Translations under genes and position numbers: made by a program
The notes under the pieces: model-generated
The model's input: only the letters and a program-made list of their open reading frames with translations
The model's database searches: none
Told to the model about the DNA's origin: nothing
In this document: one piece after another, positions 36,226-47,830 of the stretch
Position numbering within the stretch: position 1 is the first letter of the stretch
How the letters are laid out: every line of letters begins with the position of its first letter
NCBI RefSeq assembly: GCF_009834535.1
Contig: NC_045696.1
Location: forward strand, 5,954,001-6,018,000
Length of the DNA stretch: 64,000 nt
From: Camelus ferus
Taxonomy: Eukaryota
Reading direction: 5' to 3'

Positions 36226-37599
36226 GCCTGGCCTGGGTCCACGGCCTCCCCTGTCCCTCCCTCCCTTCCCTCTCCTCCATCCCTCCTTCCTGGGAGAGGT
36301 CCAGAAAGCAGGGCTGCACCCGCCCCAGTCGCTGTCTCCCAGCACTGGGACCCCTGGCTGTAACCGCGCTGTGGGTGAGACGCATCCCACGGTGGACTGG
36401 TTTTCTTCTCAAAGACATGAGTATTTACACAACCCGATGTGCCTCAGCGAGGTAAAGGGAACCTTTTGCCTTGTGGAAGGCAAAGGAAGAGTCCCACTGA
36501 GAACCCTTTGGAGATAAATTTCTTACAGCCCTAAATGTGAGAAAGGCCAGAAGTGGCTCACGGGCTGCCCTCAGCAAGAGGGTGGAGGGCGCTCATCCCT
36601 GGAGCAACGGTGACGGCCCCTACACCAAAGCTGAGTTAATCAAGGTGCTTTAATAACCAGCAGTGTCGCCGAGGGCAGTGAAGGTGGTGCCTAATGCAGG
36701 AGTCAGGCAGGAAGCTGGAGCCGCGTTGCCCTGGCAACGGTGTCCCTGGCCAATCCCAGGCGTGGTTCAGGCCCACCATCTGAAAGAAGCGTTTCTCTGA
36801 AGTCCTCCTCAGTTTCGAAATGCCATCTATGTGAGCATAGCATTTATTTGTTGTAACAAACCTAAATAGAATCTATCAGAGAGAGACACGGAGACAGAGA
36901 GAGATAATGAGAGGGAGAGAGAAGAGAGCAACAGAGAGACAGACCAGTGGAGAAACACTTCTGGCACAGTTGGTGGCATTAGGAAAAGGCACATTTCTCT
37001 TGGACAGATCTGCTGCTGGGAGTAGGCTGGCTTGTCTTTCTCCTTGTCCCTCCTCTCCTCTGAGCATGGCACCAGGAGGTTTGGCAAAGCCAGCCTTGAG
37101 TAAAAGCTGCCTTCAGCCCACTGCACCCGAGGCTGGTCTCCTCTCTCTCATGGGTTGCCATGTACAGTTGCACAGGCTGCACACTGCACCAGGCACCCAA
37201 AGGATGGCTCCAGGGAACTGAGCCTGCCTGTGCTCATTGCAAGATTTATGAGCCCTGATGAGCACCTGGGTCTCCCTGGAGCGAGGGCAGACTTTTCTAA
37301 CAGGGGAAAAGGTGCCAGCTGGGCAGCCCATTCCCACCCATATTTTTCACTTTGCAATAAGGAGAATGGGAAGGCTCTTTAGAAATATGTGTATGCGGCA
37401 GTGCCTTTCTGTCCTCTCCCTCCTACCTCTGAAGCAGACAGTAAAGACCCAGCTCCCGACAAGTAAACAGAAAAGTGTGGTGACTGAAGTCAGTCTCAGG
37501 GTCTGTGTAGTCACGAGGTTGTCCTGGCCCACCCTTCTTGGGGTTGATGTGGGGAGCCTGTAGGGCCCTGGAGGTGACAAGAAAAGAATATCAGCTCTG

Positions 37600-37765
37600 T
37601 GTCAGAAGCTTGGAACTGCCACGCCTGAGCTGATTCCTCAGATAAGACTTCACCCCTCAGAGCCTCAGTTTACTTATCTGTACAATGGGCGGTGGGGTAA
37701 TAACAGTGACTTCATAGGGTTGTTATGAGGATTCAAAGAGATAAAATACATGAAGTGCTTAATCG
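37600..37765 (+). mobile_element. MIR SINE
   Basis: gagcctcagtttacttatctgtacaatggg...cttcatagggttgttatgaggattcaaagagataa. Confidence 0.8.
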
Positions 37766-37883
37766 GCAGTGAGTGAGTGAGTGTGTGTGCACGTGTGTGC
37801 AGAGCCCAACACCCCGGGGTGAGGTGAAAGTCTGCATGTCCCTGGAAGGCTGAAAGGGACAAAATGAGGTATTTCTCTATATT

Positions 37884-38787
37884 CAGTCATCTCCACTCAT
37901 CTGCCGTTTTACTTTCTTAGGTTTCAGTCAAGCGAGGGTCCAAAAATATTAAATGGAAAATTCCAGAAATGAACAATTCATACCTTTTAAATTGCCTGCT
38001 ATTCTGAGCAGTGTGATGAAATCTCACTGTCCTGCTCTGTTCTACATGGGATCCCCAACCCTGGCCACTTTCTTGGCTTCACGATCCAGGATCACCCAGT
38101 AGATGATCCGCCGTCTGTGGTCTCATCAGAAGGTCGTGGTACTGTAATGCTGTCCCAGTGCCCACGCCGTCACCTCATCTCAGCACGTAGGCTTTTTACC
38201 ATCTCATCATCACAAGAAGAAGGGTGAGTACACACAGACGTGGAAAACAAATTTACAGTTACCAAAGGGGAAAGGGGGGGAGGGATAAATCAGGAGTTTG
38301 GGATTAGCAAATACAAACTACTGTATATAAAATAGATAAACAACAAGGACCTACTGATAGCACAGGGAACCACATTCAATGTCTAGTAATAACCTATCAT
38401 GAAAAAATCTGAAAAAGAATATGTATATGTATAGCTGAATCACCTTGCTGTACAGCCGAAACTAACACAACACTGTAAATCAAATCTACTTCAATAAAAA
38501 ATCAAAAATAAAAAAAAGAAGGGTGAGTACAGTACAGTAAGAGATGTTGAGAGGCAGCGAGTCTGTGTTCTCTTAACTTTTATTATAGTATATTGTTATG
38601 TGGTTCTATTTTAGTATTAGTTATTGTTGTTAGTCTCTTATTGTGCCTAATTTGTAGATCAAACTTTATCACAGATACATCAGCAAGGAAACAACATAGT
38701 TTACAGAGAGTTCAGTGCTATCCGTGGTTTCAGGAATCCACTGGGGGTCTTGGAATATATCTCCGATGGATAAGTGGTTAACTACTG
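37884..38787 (+). mobile_element. MER44/Tigger7-family DNA transposon, interrupted by an L1 tail
   Basis: cagtcatc...ggtccaaaaatattaaatggaaaattccagaaat.aacaattcata..ttttaaattg...gtgatgaaatctca; right part ...tatccgtggtttcagg.atccactgggggtcttggaa...ggataag...actactg. Confidence 0.85.
38233..38515 (+). mobile_element. 5'-truncated artiodactyl L1 3' end with a perfect 16-bp TSD
   Basis: TSD aagaagggtgagtaca at 38217-38232 and 38516-38531; body gaaaacaaattta..gttaccaaaggggaaaggg...gggattagcaaatacaaactac...ctgaatcac.ttgctgtaca...tcaataaaaa. Confidence 0.93.

Positions 38788-38789
<2 letters not shown>

Positions 38790-38824
<35 letters not shown>
38790..38824. repeat. (TG)n microsatellite
   Basis: Directly visible uninterrupted run. 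Confidence 0.95.
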
Positions 38825-38830
<6 letters not shown>

Positions 38831-39021
38831 ATATATTGCCCATTTATGTATACTGTATATAGTGCCCTTTTTAAACTGGTTGTTTGGACTTTATTACTTC
38901 ACAGGATTTCTTTATATACTCTTGATTCTAACCCTTTTTTTGTTATGAAAAGTATTACTTTGTCTTTTCACTTTCCTTTTTTTGTGATGAATGAAATTTC
39001 CAAACTTTCAGAGTCAAAATT

Positions 39022-39989
39022 GCCAATCATTTATCTTACATTTTTTTTAACATTTAAAAAAATTTTTTAATTGAGTTATAGTCAGTTTACAATGTTGTGT
39101 TGATTTCCCATGTAGAGCACAATTTTTCAGTTACACATGAACATACATATATTCATTGTCACATTCTTTTTTGCTGTGAGCTACCACAAGGTCTTATATA
39201 TATTCCCCTGTGCTATACAGTATAATCTTGTTTATCTGTTCTGCATATGCCTATCAGTATCTACAAATTTTGAACTCCCAGTCTGTCCCTTCCCACCCCC
39301 TCCCCCTTGGCAACCACAAGTTTGTATTCTGTCTATGAGTCTGTTTCTGTTTTGTATTTATGTTCTTCTTTTTTTTTTTTTTTTTAGATTCCACATATAA
39401 GCGATCTCATATGGTCTTTTTCTTTCTCTTTCTGGCTTACATCCCTTAGAATGACATTCCCCAGGGACATCCATGTTGCTGCAAATGGCATTATGTTGTT
39501 GTTTTTATGGCTGAATAGTATTCCATTATATAAATACACCACATCTTCTTTATCCCATCATCTGTCGATGGACATTTGGGCTGTTTCTGAATAGAGAGCC
39601 TAGAAATGAACTTTTGGTCAACTAATCTTCGATAAAGGAGGCAAGAATATACAATGGAATAAAGACAGTCTCTTCAGCAAATGGTGCTGGGAAAACTGGA
39701 CAGCAGCATGTAAATCAATGAAGCTAGAACACTCCCTTACACCATACACAAAAATAAACTCAAAATGGATCAAAGACTTAAACATAAGACAAGATACAAT
39801 AAACCTAGAAGAAAACATAGGCAAAACGTTATCTGACATACATCTCAAAAATGTTTTCCTAGGGCAGTCTACTCAAGTAATAGAAATAAAAGCAAGAATA
39901 AACAAATGGGACCTAATTAAACCTACAAACTTCGGCACCACAAAGGAAACCATAAACAAAACAAAACGACAGCCAATCATTTAACTTAC
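39022..39989 (-). mobile_element. Camelid-type L1, 5'-truncated with 5' inversion, flanked by a TSD; inserted in older L1-like sequence
   Basis: Minus-strand 3'UTR/ORF2 end ~39041-39588; plus-strand ORF2 piece ([24 protein letters not shown]...INKWDLIK...TKRQP) ~39589-39975; TSD gccaatcattta(t/a)cttac at 39022-39039 and 39972-39989. Confidence 0.93.
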
Positions 39990-40110
39990 GGCTTATGCCT
40001 ACTGTGTCTTAAAAAAAAAATCCCTCCTACCCATGTTAGGATAAATATTCATCTCACTTTTCTACTACAAGCTTTGCTACTGGAGTTTCCGCCATTGAGT
40101 CACCTGGAGC

Positions 40111-40160
40111 GGTGTGGCTGGTGTGGATGGTGTGGCTGGTGTGGCTGGTGTGGCTGGTGT
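40111..40160. repeat. (GGTGTGGCT)n 9-bp tandem repeat, about 5 copies
   Basis: ggtgtggctggtgtggatggtgtggctggtgtggctggtgtggctggtgt. Confidence 0.9.
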
Positions 40161-40289
40161 AGGGGCAGGATTTCCTCCCTTGCAGGTGGAAAAGCACTTT
40201 CCTCCAGCTCCATTCACTCAGGGGTCCCTATTTCCTGAGTCACGAAGTGAGTTAGAACTCACTTGGTCGTTGTGCAGAATGGGCGCAGT

Positions 40290-40660
40290 CACTTTGAAAA
40301 GGTTTGTCATCATCTCGTAAAGTCGAACATGCACACCAGGCATGTGATGAAGAGGAACTCCGGCCCGAGTCTCTCAGAAACGTGCAGAAGAAGCTTTATA
40401 ATCAGCGCTGGAAATACCCACAGCCCGACAACTTGATGGTGGAGAAACAATCTGTGGCCGAGTCACGGAATGGGATATTATGTAGGGGTAAGAAAGAATT
40501 AGCCACAACCATCCACCATCATATGAATAAATCTCGGCAACTTAAAACATTGAGTGAAAAATATGAACTCCAGGAAATTCCATTCAACTCAGTAACCTTT
40601 GGTAAGAGTGAAAAAAACAACTGAAACTAAATAATATGTTTTTAGGAATATATATGTATA
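40290..40660 (+). mobile_element. Old L1ME-like 3' fragment followed by an AT-rich low-complexity tract (to ~40800)
   Basis: atatgaataaatctc..caac.taaaacattgagtgaaaaa...attccatt...aactgaaactaaataatatgtttttagg. Confidence 0.55.
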
Positions 40661-41263
40661 TATATAATTTTAAATAAAACAAACAATATTTTATTTATTA
40701 ATATATTAATATACTTTATAAATACATTTATTAATGTAGCTTAAAACATTAAAATAATTGTATCATATATACGTGATATAATTATTTTTTTTAAAAAACA
40801 AGGCTAAACTCAAGTTTCAGAATAGAAGTGTGTCTCTAAAGGTGGAGGAACTCATAAGTGGATGTGAATTCCCATTAATGCTCAGGGTCTCATGATGCAC
40901 AGGAAATTCACTAGGGTTTATGATCATTGCACACACGTATGTATATGCATTTCCAATGAAGAGAGGCTGAGAACACATTTCTGTGACCCTGAGATTGGAA
41001 AGAAGGGTGGAAGAGAGAGAGATTGAAAGAGATTTGAAGCTGGTTTCCCCCAAGCAGTCTTTCCTGAATGGTCCCCCGTCTGGCGGAGGGACAGGCAGGG
41101 AGGGAGGGCTGTCAGCTGCACAGCCTTTGGTGGTACACACGGACCACTGTGTCCTTAGTGGAGCTGGGGCACTAGTCTCTGAGGCTGAACACCACAATTG
41201 GGTAGCAGGAAGACATAATTGCCAGCTCAAATGTTTTGGCTAGAGTGAAAGAAACAGTGATTT

Positions 41264-41754
41264 TAAAGGAGTTCAGGACCCCACAATATGCTGCTTTGTC
41301 CTATTGATTATTTTGAGCTGAGGCCACTGGAAAACAGCAAACTCAGGGAACTCCCTTAATCTTCCTCCGAAAGAAAGTCAATTGTCTTAAACCCCCCTCC
41401 CCCGGAGTGCCCTCAGCGGGGAAGACTGACCCTTATTGCGGGACAGGAGACCAGAAGTCGGCACCACACCCAGACAAACTGTCATATCTCCCATCTTTCT
41501 TCTAAGGGCCCTTCATCTCCTGTGAACTGACTACGTCCCCACTCCCCTCCCCCTGTTAAGATGGTATGTAAGCTCGCAAATTGCACCAGTTTACTGAGTC
41601 CACTTTTTTCCCTGTGATGCCCTCTGTGTGCAGAATATTAAAAAACAATAAATGTGTACGCCTTTTCTCCTGTTAATCTGCCTGTTGTCAGTTTATTTCG
41701 TAGACCCAGCTGTGGTATCCAAGGGGGAGGACGGAAAGTCTTTCCTGCCCTGCA
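41264..41754 (+). mobile_element. ERV1-class solo LTR (MER34-like)
   Basis: aaggagttcagg.accccacaatatgctgctttg.cctattgattattttgagctgaggcca... ; aataaatgtgtacgccttttctcctgttaatctgcc...gtcagtttatt; ends ccctgCA. Confidence 0.8.
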
Positions 41755-42394
41755 GTTCATAAAGTACCATTTTGTGGCCACGAGTCCAAAGCTGATTACT
41801 TTTAGGACAAAAGAACTCCCATTTAGTAAAGGGCGTGGAAATGGAGCATTTCTGTTGCAGTAACGCGGGGGGATTTGGGGAGGCTGTCCCATTTCAGCCT
41901 CACAACATACCACACCCACGTGACCATCCTGGCATTTATCTCTAGTTTGACTTTAATGGTGCAGGAAATGTTCAAAGTTCCCTTGGGGACACTGAAAAAA
42001 AAAAACAACAACAAAAATTGAGGGATAGTGAAACCATGGATAAATGAAAAGCAACTCTGAACACACACAACAACATACAATATGCTTTATTTATAGGAAG
42101 TCCAAGAACAAGCAACACTAACGTGGGGTGATAGAAATCAGGACGGGGCTGCCTCGGGACAGGGGCTGAACTGACGGGAAAGGGGTTAGGTCTGTTCTAT
42201 ACCTCGATGGGGGGGACTGCACAAGTGTTTAAATTTGTCAAGTGTGTTGTGCATTTCACTGCATGAGATTGCAGCTCATGAAAAAATGAGCTTAAATCTT
42301 AAAGTCATAAGAAGACAGTTTTTAAAAATCAACAAAACAAAACAACAGTCAGGTTCTGAAGACAGACTGCCTGGGTTTAAATCCTGTCTCTACT

Positions 42395-42897
42395 GGATGA
42401 GTTTCCTGTGGCTGCTGTAATAATTCACTGTAAACTTCATGAATAAACCAATAGAAATTTATTCAGTTATTCAAACTTAATAGCAATGTATTCTCTCACA
42501 GTTCTGGAGGTAGGTCTGAAATCACATCACTGAGCTGAAATCAAGGGGTGGCAGGCCTGTGCTCCCTCCAGGGGCTCTAAGGGAAAAGCCATTCCTTGCC
42601 TGGCCCAGATTCTAGAGGACGCCTGCACTCCTGGGCTCACGGCCCCTTCCTCTGTCTTCAAAGCCAGCCACTTAGCATCTTGCTCCGTGATCACATTGCT
42701 TTCTTCTTTCCTGTCTGTGGGAAATCGTCCCCCGCCTTCCTCTTACAAGGACACTCATGACAGCAATAATAATCCAGGATAATCTTCCATGTCAAGGTCC
42801 CTAAAACAACCACATCCCCAGAGTCTCTTTGGTAACGTTTGCAGGTTTCAGGAATCAGGATGTGGGTCTCTTTGGGCGTCAGTTTCAGCCCATCACA
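42395..42897 (-). mobile_element. MaLR MLT1 (MLT1C/D-like) LTR
   Basis: agtttcctgtggctgctgtaa...ttctctcacagttctggagg...tctgaaatca...ccttcctctgtcttcaaagccagc...ataatccaggataatct. Confidence 0.85.
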
Positions 42898-43125
42898 TGC
42901 ACTTACTAGCTGTGGATGCAACATGAAGTGCAGAGCACAGGGCCTGGCACATAATAAGCGCTCAACAAATGGTAGCTGTTGTTATTGTTGTTATTATTAT
43001 TATTACTGTCATGCCCTTTAATTGTGCCAGGCACGTGCTAAGTGCTGGGAATCCAAGGATGAAAAGATGTAGTTCCTGTGCTCAGGAGGTTATGATCCCG
43101 TGCAGACGCAGAAATGTAAACACTG

Positions 43126-43494
43126 TGTATTCATTTGCTCAGGCTGCTGAAACAAGGAACCGCAGGCTGGGTGGCTTAAACAACGGAAATGTATTGCCTC
43201 ACCGTCTGGAGGCTGGAAGTCCAAGGTCAAGTTTGGCTGCTCTGAGACCTCTCCCCTGGCTGGAGATGGCCACCTCCTCCCTGTGTCCTGACAATCGTCC
43301 CTCTGTGTGTGTCTGTGCCCAGACCTCTTCTTGCAAGGACACCTGCTATATGAGAGTAAGGCCCACCGTGTGCGCTCCTTTGACCTCAGTCACCTCTTTA
43401 AAGTCTCTTTCTCCAAATACAGTCACATTTTGAGGTACCAGAGGTTAAGAATCCAGCATATGAATTTGAAGCGGACACAGTTCAGCCTGCAGCA
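43126..43494 (-). mobile_element. MaLR MLT1A-like LTR
   Basis: tgtattcatttgctcaggctgc...ctgggtggcttaaacaac.gaaat.tatt...tctggaggctggaagtccaag.tcaag...ctccaaatacagtcacatt.tgaggtac...ggacacagttcagcc. Confidence 0.88.
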
Positions 43495-43899
43495 CCACGT
43501 ATGGCCAGACAATTCCAAGAAGAGAGTACATGTGGTCAGGGAAAGGTGGGAAAAGGGCCAGCATCTCCTGGCGGGCACGTCTGCTCCTGTGGACATCAGC
43601 TCAGGGGTGCTTTGTGTCATGAATCAACTACGAAGTGAGGACCACTGGGGAATGGGGCATCTCTGAACAGAAGGATGGATGGTGGTGGAGGATGTGAGTT
43701 AGAGCACTGGGTCACTGCCGCTGGGGGCATCTGGCAAGGGAGGACAGGTCAGGAGAGGCTGGGGGAGGGGGGGCCAGGGGAGAAGAGGTCCTGCTTTCCC
43801 TCACCTTCACCTCCCATCACATGAGGGCGGGGGCGCCAGGACTCAGGCCCTGCCTGATGCCTCCCAGATTCAAATAAACTGACGATCCTCACCCCCTGG

Positions 43900-44060
43900 A
43901 CCCTGGACCCATCTCTCACCTTCTGGAGATGTGTTAGCAGTATAGAATCTCAGGCCCACCCAGACCCACTGCCTGGGAAGCTCTGGGTGAGGGGCCGGGG
44001 AGTGAAGGGTGCATTGCTAGGCCCCCAGGTGATTCTGATGCTCGCTGGAATTTTGCAGGC
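43900..44060. mobile_element. MER5A-like relic
   Basis: tgttag.a.ta.agaatctcaggcccaccc.agaccc.actg...ccccaggtgattctgatgc. Confidence 0.6.
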
Positions 44061-44619
44061 TGCTCGCGTCCTTACACAATTAGGCTGAGCTGCTGAATTT
44101 AAACTGAGCGGACCATGGAGGGAGACTCTGAGACATCAGGCCGTGGGGCGAATCCCAGTGGGGTCTCTGGAGAGAGAAGACCTCAGCTCAGACCCCGGCT
44201 CACACATGGCACCTGCAGGATGGGAACCTGGCCCTCATCTCACGTGGGCAAGAACCTCAGCTCCTTCCGGTGAGAAGGAGATGCTCACTGGACGGCTCCC
44301 AGCAGGGAGTCCGGCGAGCACTGGGTGACTCCATCCCTCCCTCCCACAGCCTCCGGAGACCGAACGGCCTTCTTTCCTTTTTGTTTTGCTCCACCCTACT
44401 TTAAGAGAACTTTTGGGGAGGGTGGGCTGGGGAGGAGGAGACATCTCACTTTTGTCTCTTTGGAGCAGGTCCAATCCCAGGAGGACCTTGGTGGTTCTTC
44501 CTCAGCTTGGAAGCCCAAAGCAGGCTTAGGAAACCCCTGGGGTGGACGTGAGGGGTGGCAGGGAGAGGTGAGGAGCAGGGCCAGAGCATCACTTCTGCAT
44601 TAAAGTGATCAAAAGGTCA

Positions 44620-44762
44620 GAGGAGGGTACAGCTCAGAGGCAGAGCACATGCTTAACATGCACGAGATCCTGGGTTCAACCCCCAGTACCTCCATTAAAT
44701 GAATAAAAAATTAAACTTAATTACCCCTCCCATCCCCCCTCCCCAAAAGAACTAAAAAATAA
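44620..44762 (+). mobile_element. Camelid tRNA-derived SINE
   Basis: ggagggtacagctcagaggcagagcacatgcttaacatgcacgagatcctgggttcaacccccagtacctccattaaa; flanked by ggtcaga on both sides (TSD). Confidence 0.92.
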
Positions 44763-44784
44763 TGGTCAGAAGGGGCGTTTCACA

Positions 44785-45068
44785 TTCATGTGCCAGGGCT
44801 GCTTGGAAGTCATCTCCTCACAGCTCTGGAAGCCGGAGTCTGAAGTCAAGGCGTCTGCACAGTCGGTTCCTTCTTGGGGCTTCGGAGGAAGGCTCCTTCC
44901 TTGCCTTTCCCTCCCGGTTTGCGGAGCGCCACTCCCACCCCAGGTGCTCCCCCGGGTCCTCTCTCCTGTGTCTTCTTGAACTTGATTACACTTTCCAGTA
45001 AGGCCACATCCCCTGGAGCCAGGGGTTAGGACTTCAGCCTACCCCTTTCAGGGCACAGTTCAGCCCAC
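44785..45068 (-). mobile_element. Degenerate MaLR MLT1 LTR
   Basis: ctcacagctctggaagccggagtctgaagtcaagg...ttccagtaaggccacat...ggggttaggacttcagc...ggcacagttcagccca. Confidence 0.7.
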
Positions 45069-46139
45069 CCCACCGAGCGTGGACATAGCGGTGCTGAGTG
45101 ATGCCTCTCTGAGCCCCCAGCTCTGTAACAGCCGGCAGGTGGGTGACAGGCTCTGACCAGCCGTGAGGTTTCTTGAAAGCATTTGTTCCTCCCAGGAGGG
45201 GGACTTCACTTGGGAGCCACCAGCTGGACTCTCAGACCCTTAAGCAGGGGTGGCACCTTCTCGGGATCCGCAAAATAGAGAAAACGAGGTGATGTCTTCA
45301 GTTGTTTACTAAAACCTGCTATTGCGTCTTTAGCCTCATTTAATTGAAAAAAGAAAAAGGAGAAGTAGCAACTTAGAGTTTTATGACTGCTGCTTTTTTT
45401 TTTTTTTTTTTTTGGCTTGAAGGCAATTGAATCAAATGAGGGGGGTGGGCGGGGACAATAATGAGGGTGGTCCGAGAATAAATGCCTTAGCTGTCCTCTG
45501 CATCTGGACGGCATGTACTGGAAGGACGTCGTATACGTTTAATGATGTGTTTGTTAGTATTCAAGTTCCCTGTGACTCTTCGGGGGCCATTTCTTTAAAG
45601 GCATGCTTCGGTAGCAGGGGAAAAAAAGCCCTGCCGGGTTGGGGGAAGAAAATGAGCGAAACCCAACCTCCACAAACATGTTGTACATCACACCCTGTTA
45701 TGCTCTGGTTAAAGGGACAGGGAAGTGGGTGACCTCGCTTTCCGTAAGCCGCGTGTTGCTCAACCTCAGAAGAAGGTCTGGTCTTGGGGATGGTGCCCCT
45801 TCCGGAGTTTTCAAGTCTTTGCTGGAATGTTGCTTATTTCCTTCAATAGAGTGAGTGACAGTTGTTCAGGGTAGCGGCCTCATCCCTAACTCTGCCCTTG
45901 TCATCTGACCTTTATTCCTTGAATCCAAAGCTATCTGCAAAAATATCAATACGCTGGGAAAATACCCCGGGCAGGCCTTGCAAGAGGGTCTACAGCACCC
46001 CAGTTTCTCTTGGAGCATCTCCTATGCACCAGCTGCCGAGTTAGCTCATACCCCGTGATTTAACCACTCTGGCCATGACGGATGGGGCCTGTCCCCCAGG
46101 CTGGCGCAAGAACTCTGCCTTAAAGCAACACGCTGAATA

Positions 46140-46613
46140 ATGGGCTGGATAATGCCCCTCCCCCAAAGATGCCCTAATCTCTGGAACCTACAAATATGCT
46201 ACCTTACATGGCGAAAGCAGCTTTGTGGATGTGATGATGTTAAGGATCATTATCCTGGATCATCTTAGATCATCCAGGTGGGCCCTTAAAAGCCTTCACA
46301 AGTGTAACAAGACAGACAGGGGGAGACCTGACACAGAAAAGAAGGCAAGGTGATGGGGGAGGCAAGACGCTACTCTGCTGGCTTCGAAGATGGAAGAAGG
46401 GACACCAGCCAAGGAACCAAGGGATGCAGCTCTTGATGCTGGAAAAGGCAAGGAAACAGATTCTCCCCTGCAGCCCCGGACGAGCACAACGCTGTGAAAC
46501 CTGTTTTGGACTTCTCGCCTCTAGGGCTGGGAGAGCATATGTTGCCATTGTTTTTAACTCCCAAGTTTGTGGCACTTTGCTACCGCAGCAAGAGGAATCC
46601 AGTCCACGCTACA
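46140..46613 (+). mobile_element. MaLR MLT1D-like LTR
   Basis: ataatgcccc.ccccaaagatgccctaatc.ctggaacct...accttacatggc.aaag..gctttg.ggatgtgat...gctggaaaaggcaaggaaacagattctcccct. Confidence 0.88.
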
Positions 46614-46744
46614 CAGTTTCTCTGTGAAGTCATGAGGCCCCATCCCTCACGGTGATCAGAGACGGGGGTCACACAGGAGATGGTGGCTCCGGGGGGCAGG
46701 TGGCACGGGAGAATTTCTGAGTCCTTCCCAGCTCTAAGCCTGCT

Positions 46745-47128
46745 GTGTCAGTCAGCCAGGGCTGCTGAAACCAAGTGCCAGGCACTGGGGGGCTTCAGCA
46801 ACAGGAGTTTATCTTCTCATTAGTCTGGAGGCTGGAAGTCCAAGATCAAGGCGTCAGCAGGGCTGGTCCCTCCTGAGGCCTCTCTCCTTGGCTTGTAGCT
46901 GGTCCTCTTCTGCCTGTGTCCTCACCAGGTCGTCCATGTGTGTGTGTTTGTGTCCTAATCTCCACTTCCTATAAGGCTACCAATTATACTGGATTAGGAC
47001 CCCCCCAACATAGGACTTCATTTTTCTTAATTATCTTTATAAAGACCCCATGTCCAAATACAGTACATTCTGAGGTCCTGGGGGTTAGGACTTCAGCACA
47101 TGAATGTGAAGGGACACAGTTCAGCCCT
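46745..47128 (-). mobile_element. MaLR MLT1A-like LTR
   Basis: gggctgctgaaaccaagtgcca...tctggaggctggaagtccaagatcaaggcgtcagcagggctgg...tcctaatctc..cttcctataagg...tgaggtcctgggggttaggacttcagca. Confidence 0.88.
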
Positions 47129-47629
47129 TGTGGTGTGTAATGACATTGCTGACATGACTACGTCAGGGTGTTTTCAGACACATCTCTGCTTTGAACCTGG
47201 GAGCTCTAATGACCACGCGTAAAAGGGAGGAATGGCCACAGGCGAAAATCCACGATGCCAGGAAGTGCCCACAGCTTTAAGCCTTGCGTCCAGGCACTTC
47301 CCAGGGGGAGGACCCGGCCGGGTACGTTCCAGCCTCTGGGAGCTCCGAGCAGCCCCAGAGCCGAGGGGGGTCTGCCTGCCCTTGTGTACGGTTCAGGCTC
47401 ATTCCGGACTTTTCCTCCTGATGCTCAGCATACCCCACCTAGCTTCTGCCCGAAAGCCTGCCAGACAGACGGAAAACCCACCCCACGGACTGAAATAGAA
47501 ACTCGCTTGTTTTCCAATGTTTGACAAAGGAGGGAGGTATTTAATTTTGAAAGGAGCTGAGGCAGCTTTCTTATGGGTCACTATTTTTTTCTGGCACAAA
47601 ACCCCGCCTTAGAAAGCTCCCTGGGATGG

Positions 47630-47830
47630 TCTTCCTTCTCATCCATCGCTCAGTGTTTTGGATGGGACCAGCTCTGTAGTCAGGGGGCCGTCCTGCACCC
47701 CGTAGGATGCCGGAGCATCCCCTCCCCCACCCATCGGATGCCAGGAGCACTCAGCCCATTTGTGCCAACCAAAAGTGTCTCCAAACCCAGCCAGTGACTC
47801 CTGGTGGGAGGAAAATCACCCCTCGTGGTG
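47630..47830 (-). mobile_element. MER20 relic
   Basis: gggggccgtcctgcaccccgtaggatg...gcatccc...gatgccagga.gcac...caaccaaaagtgtctcca...gaaaatcacccc. Confidence 0.65.

Noticed and set aside
40111..40160. Short direct-repeat array considered as CRISPR-like or a Gly/Ala/Val coding repeat
   Set aside because: Head-to-tail 9-mers with no spacers in mammalian DNA; simple minisatellite
43711..43735. CTCF-like motif gccgctgggggcatc
   Set aside because: Does not align to the core CCASYAGRKGGC without a gap; too weak to call by eye
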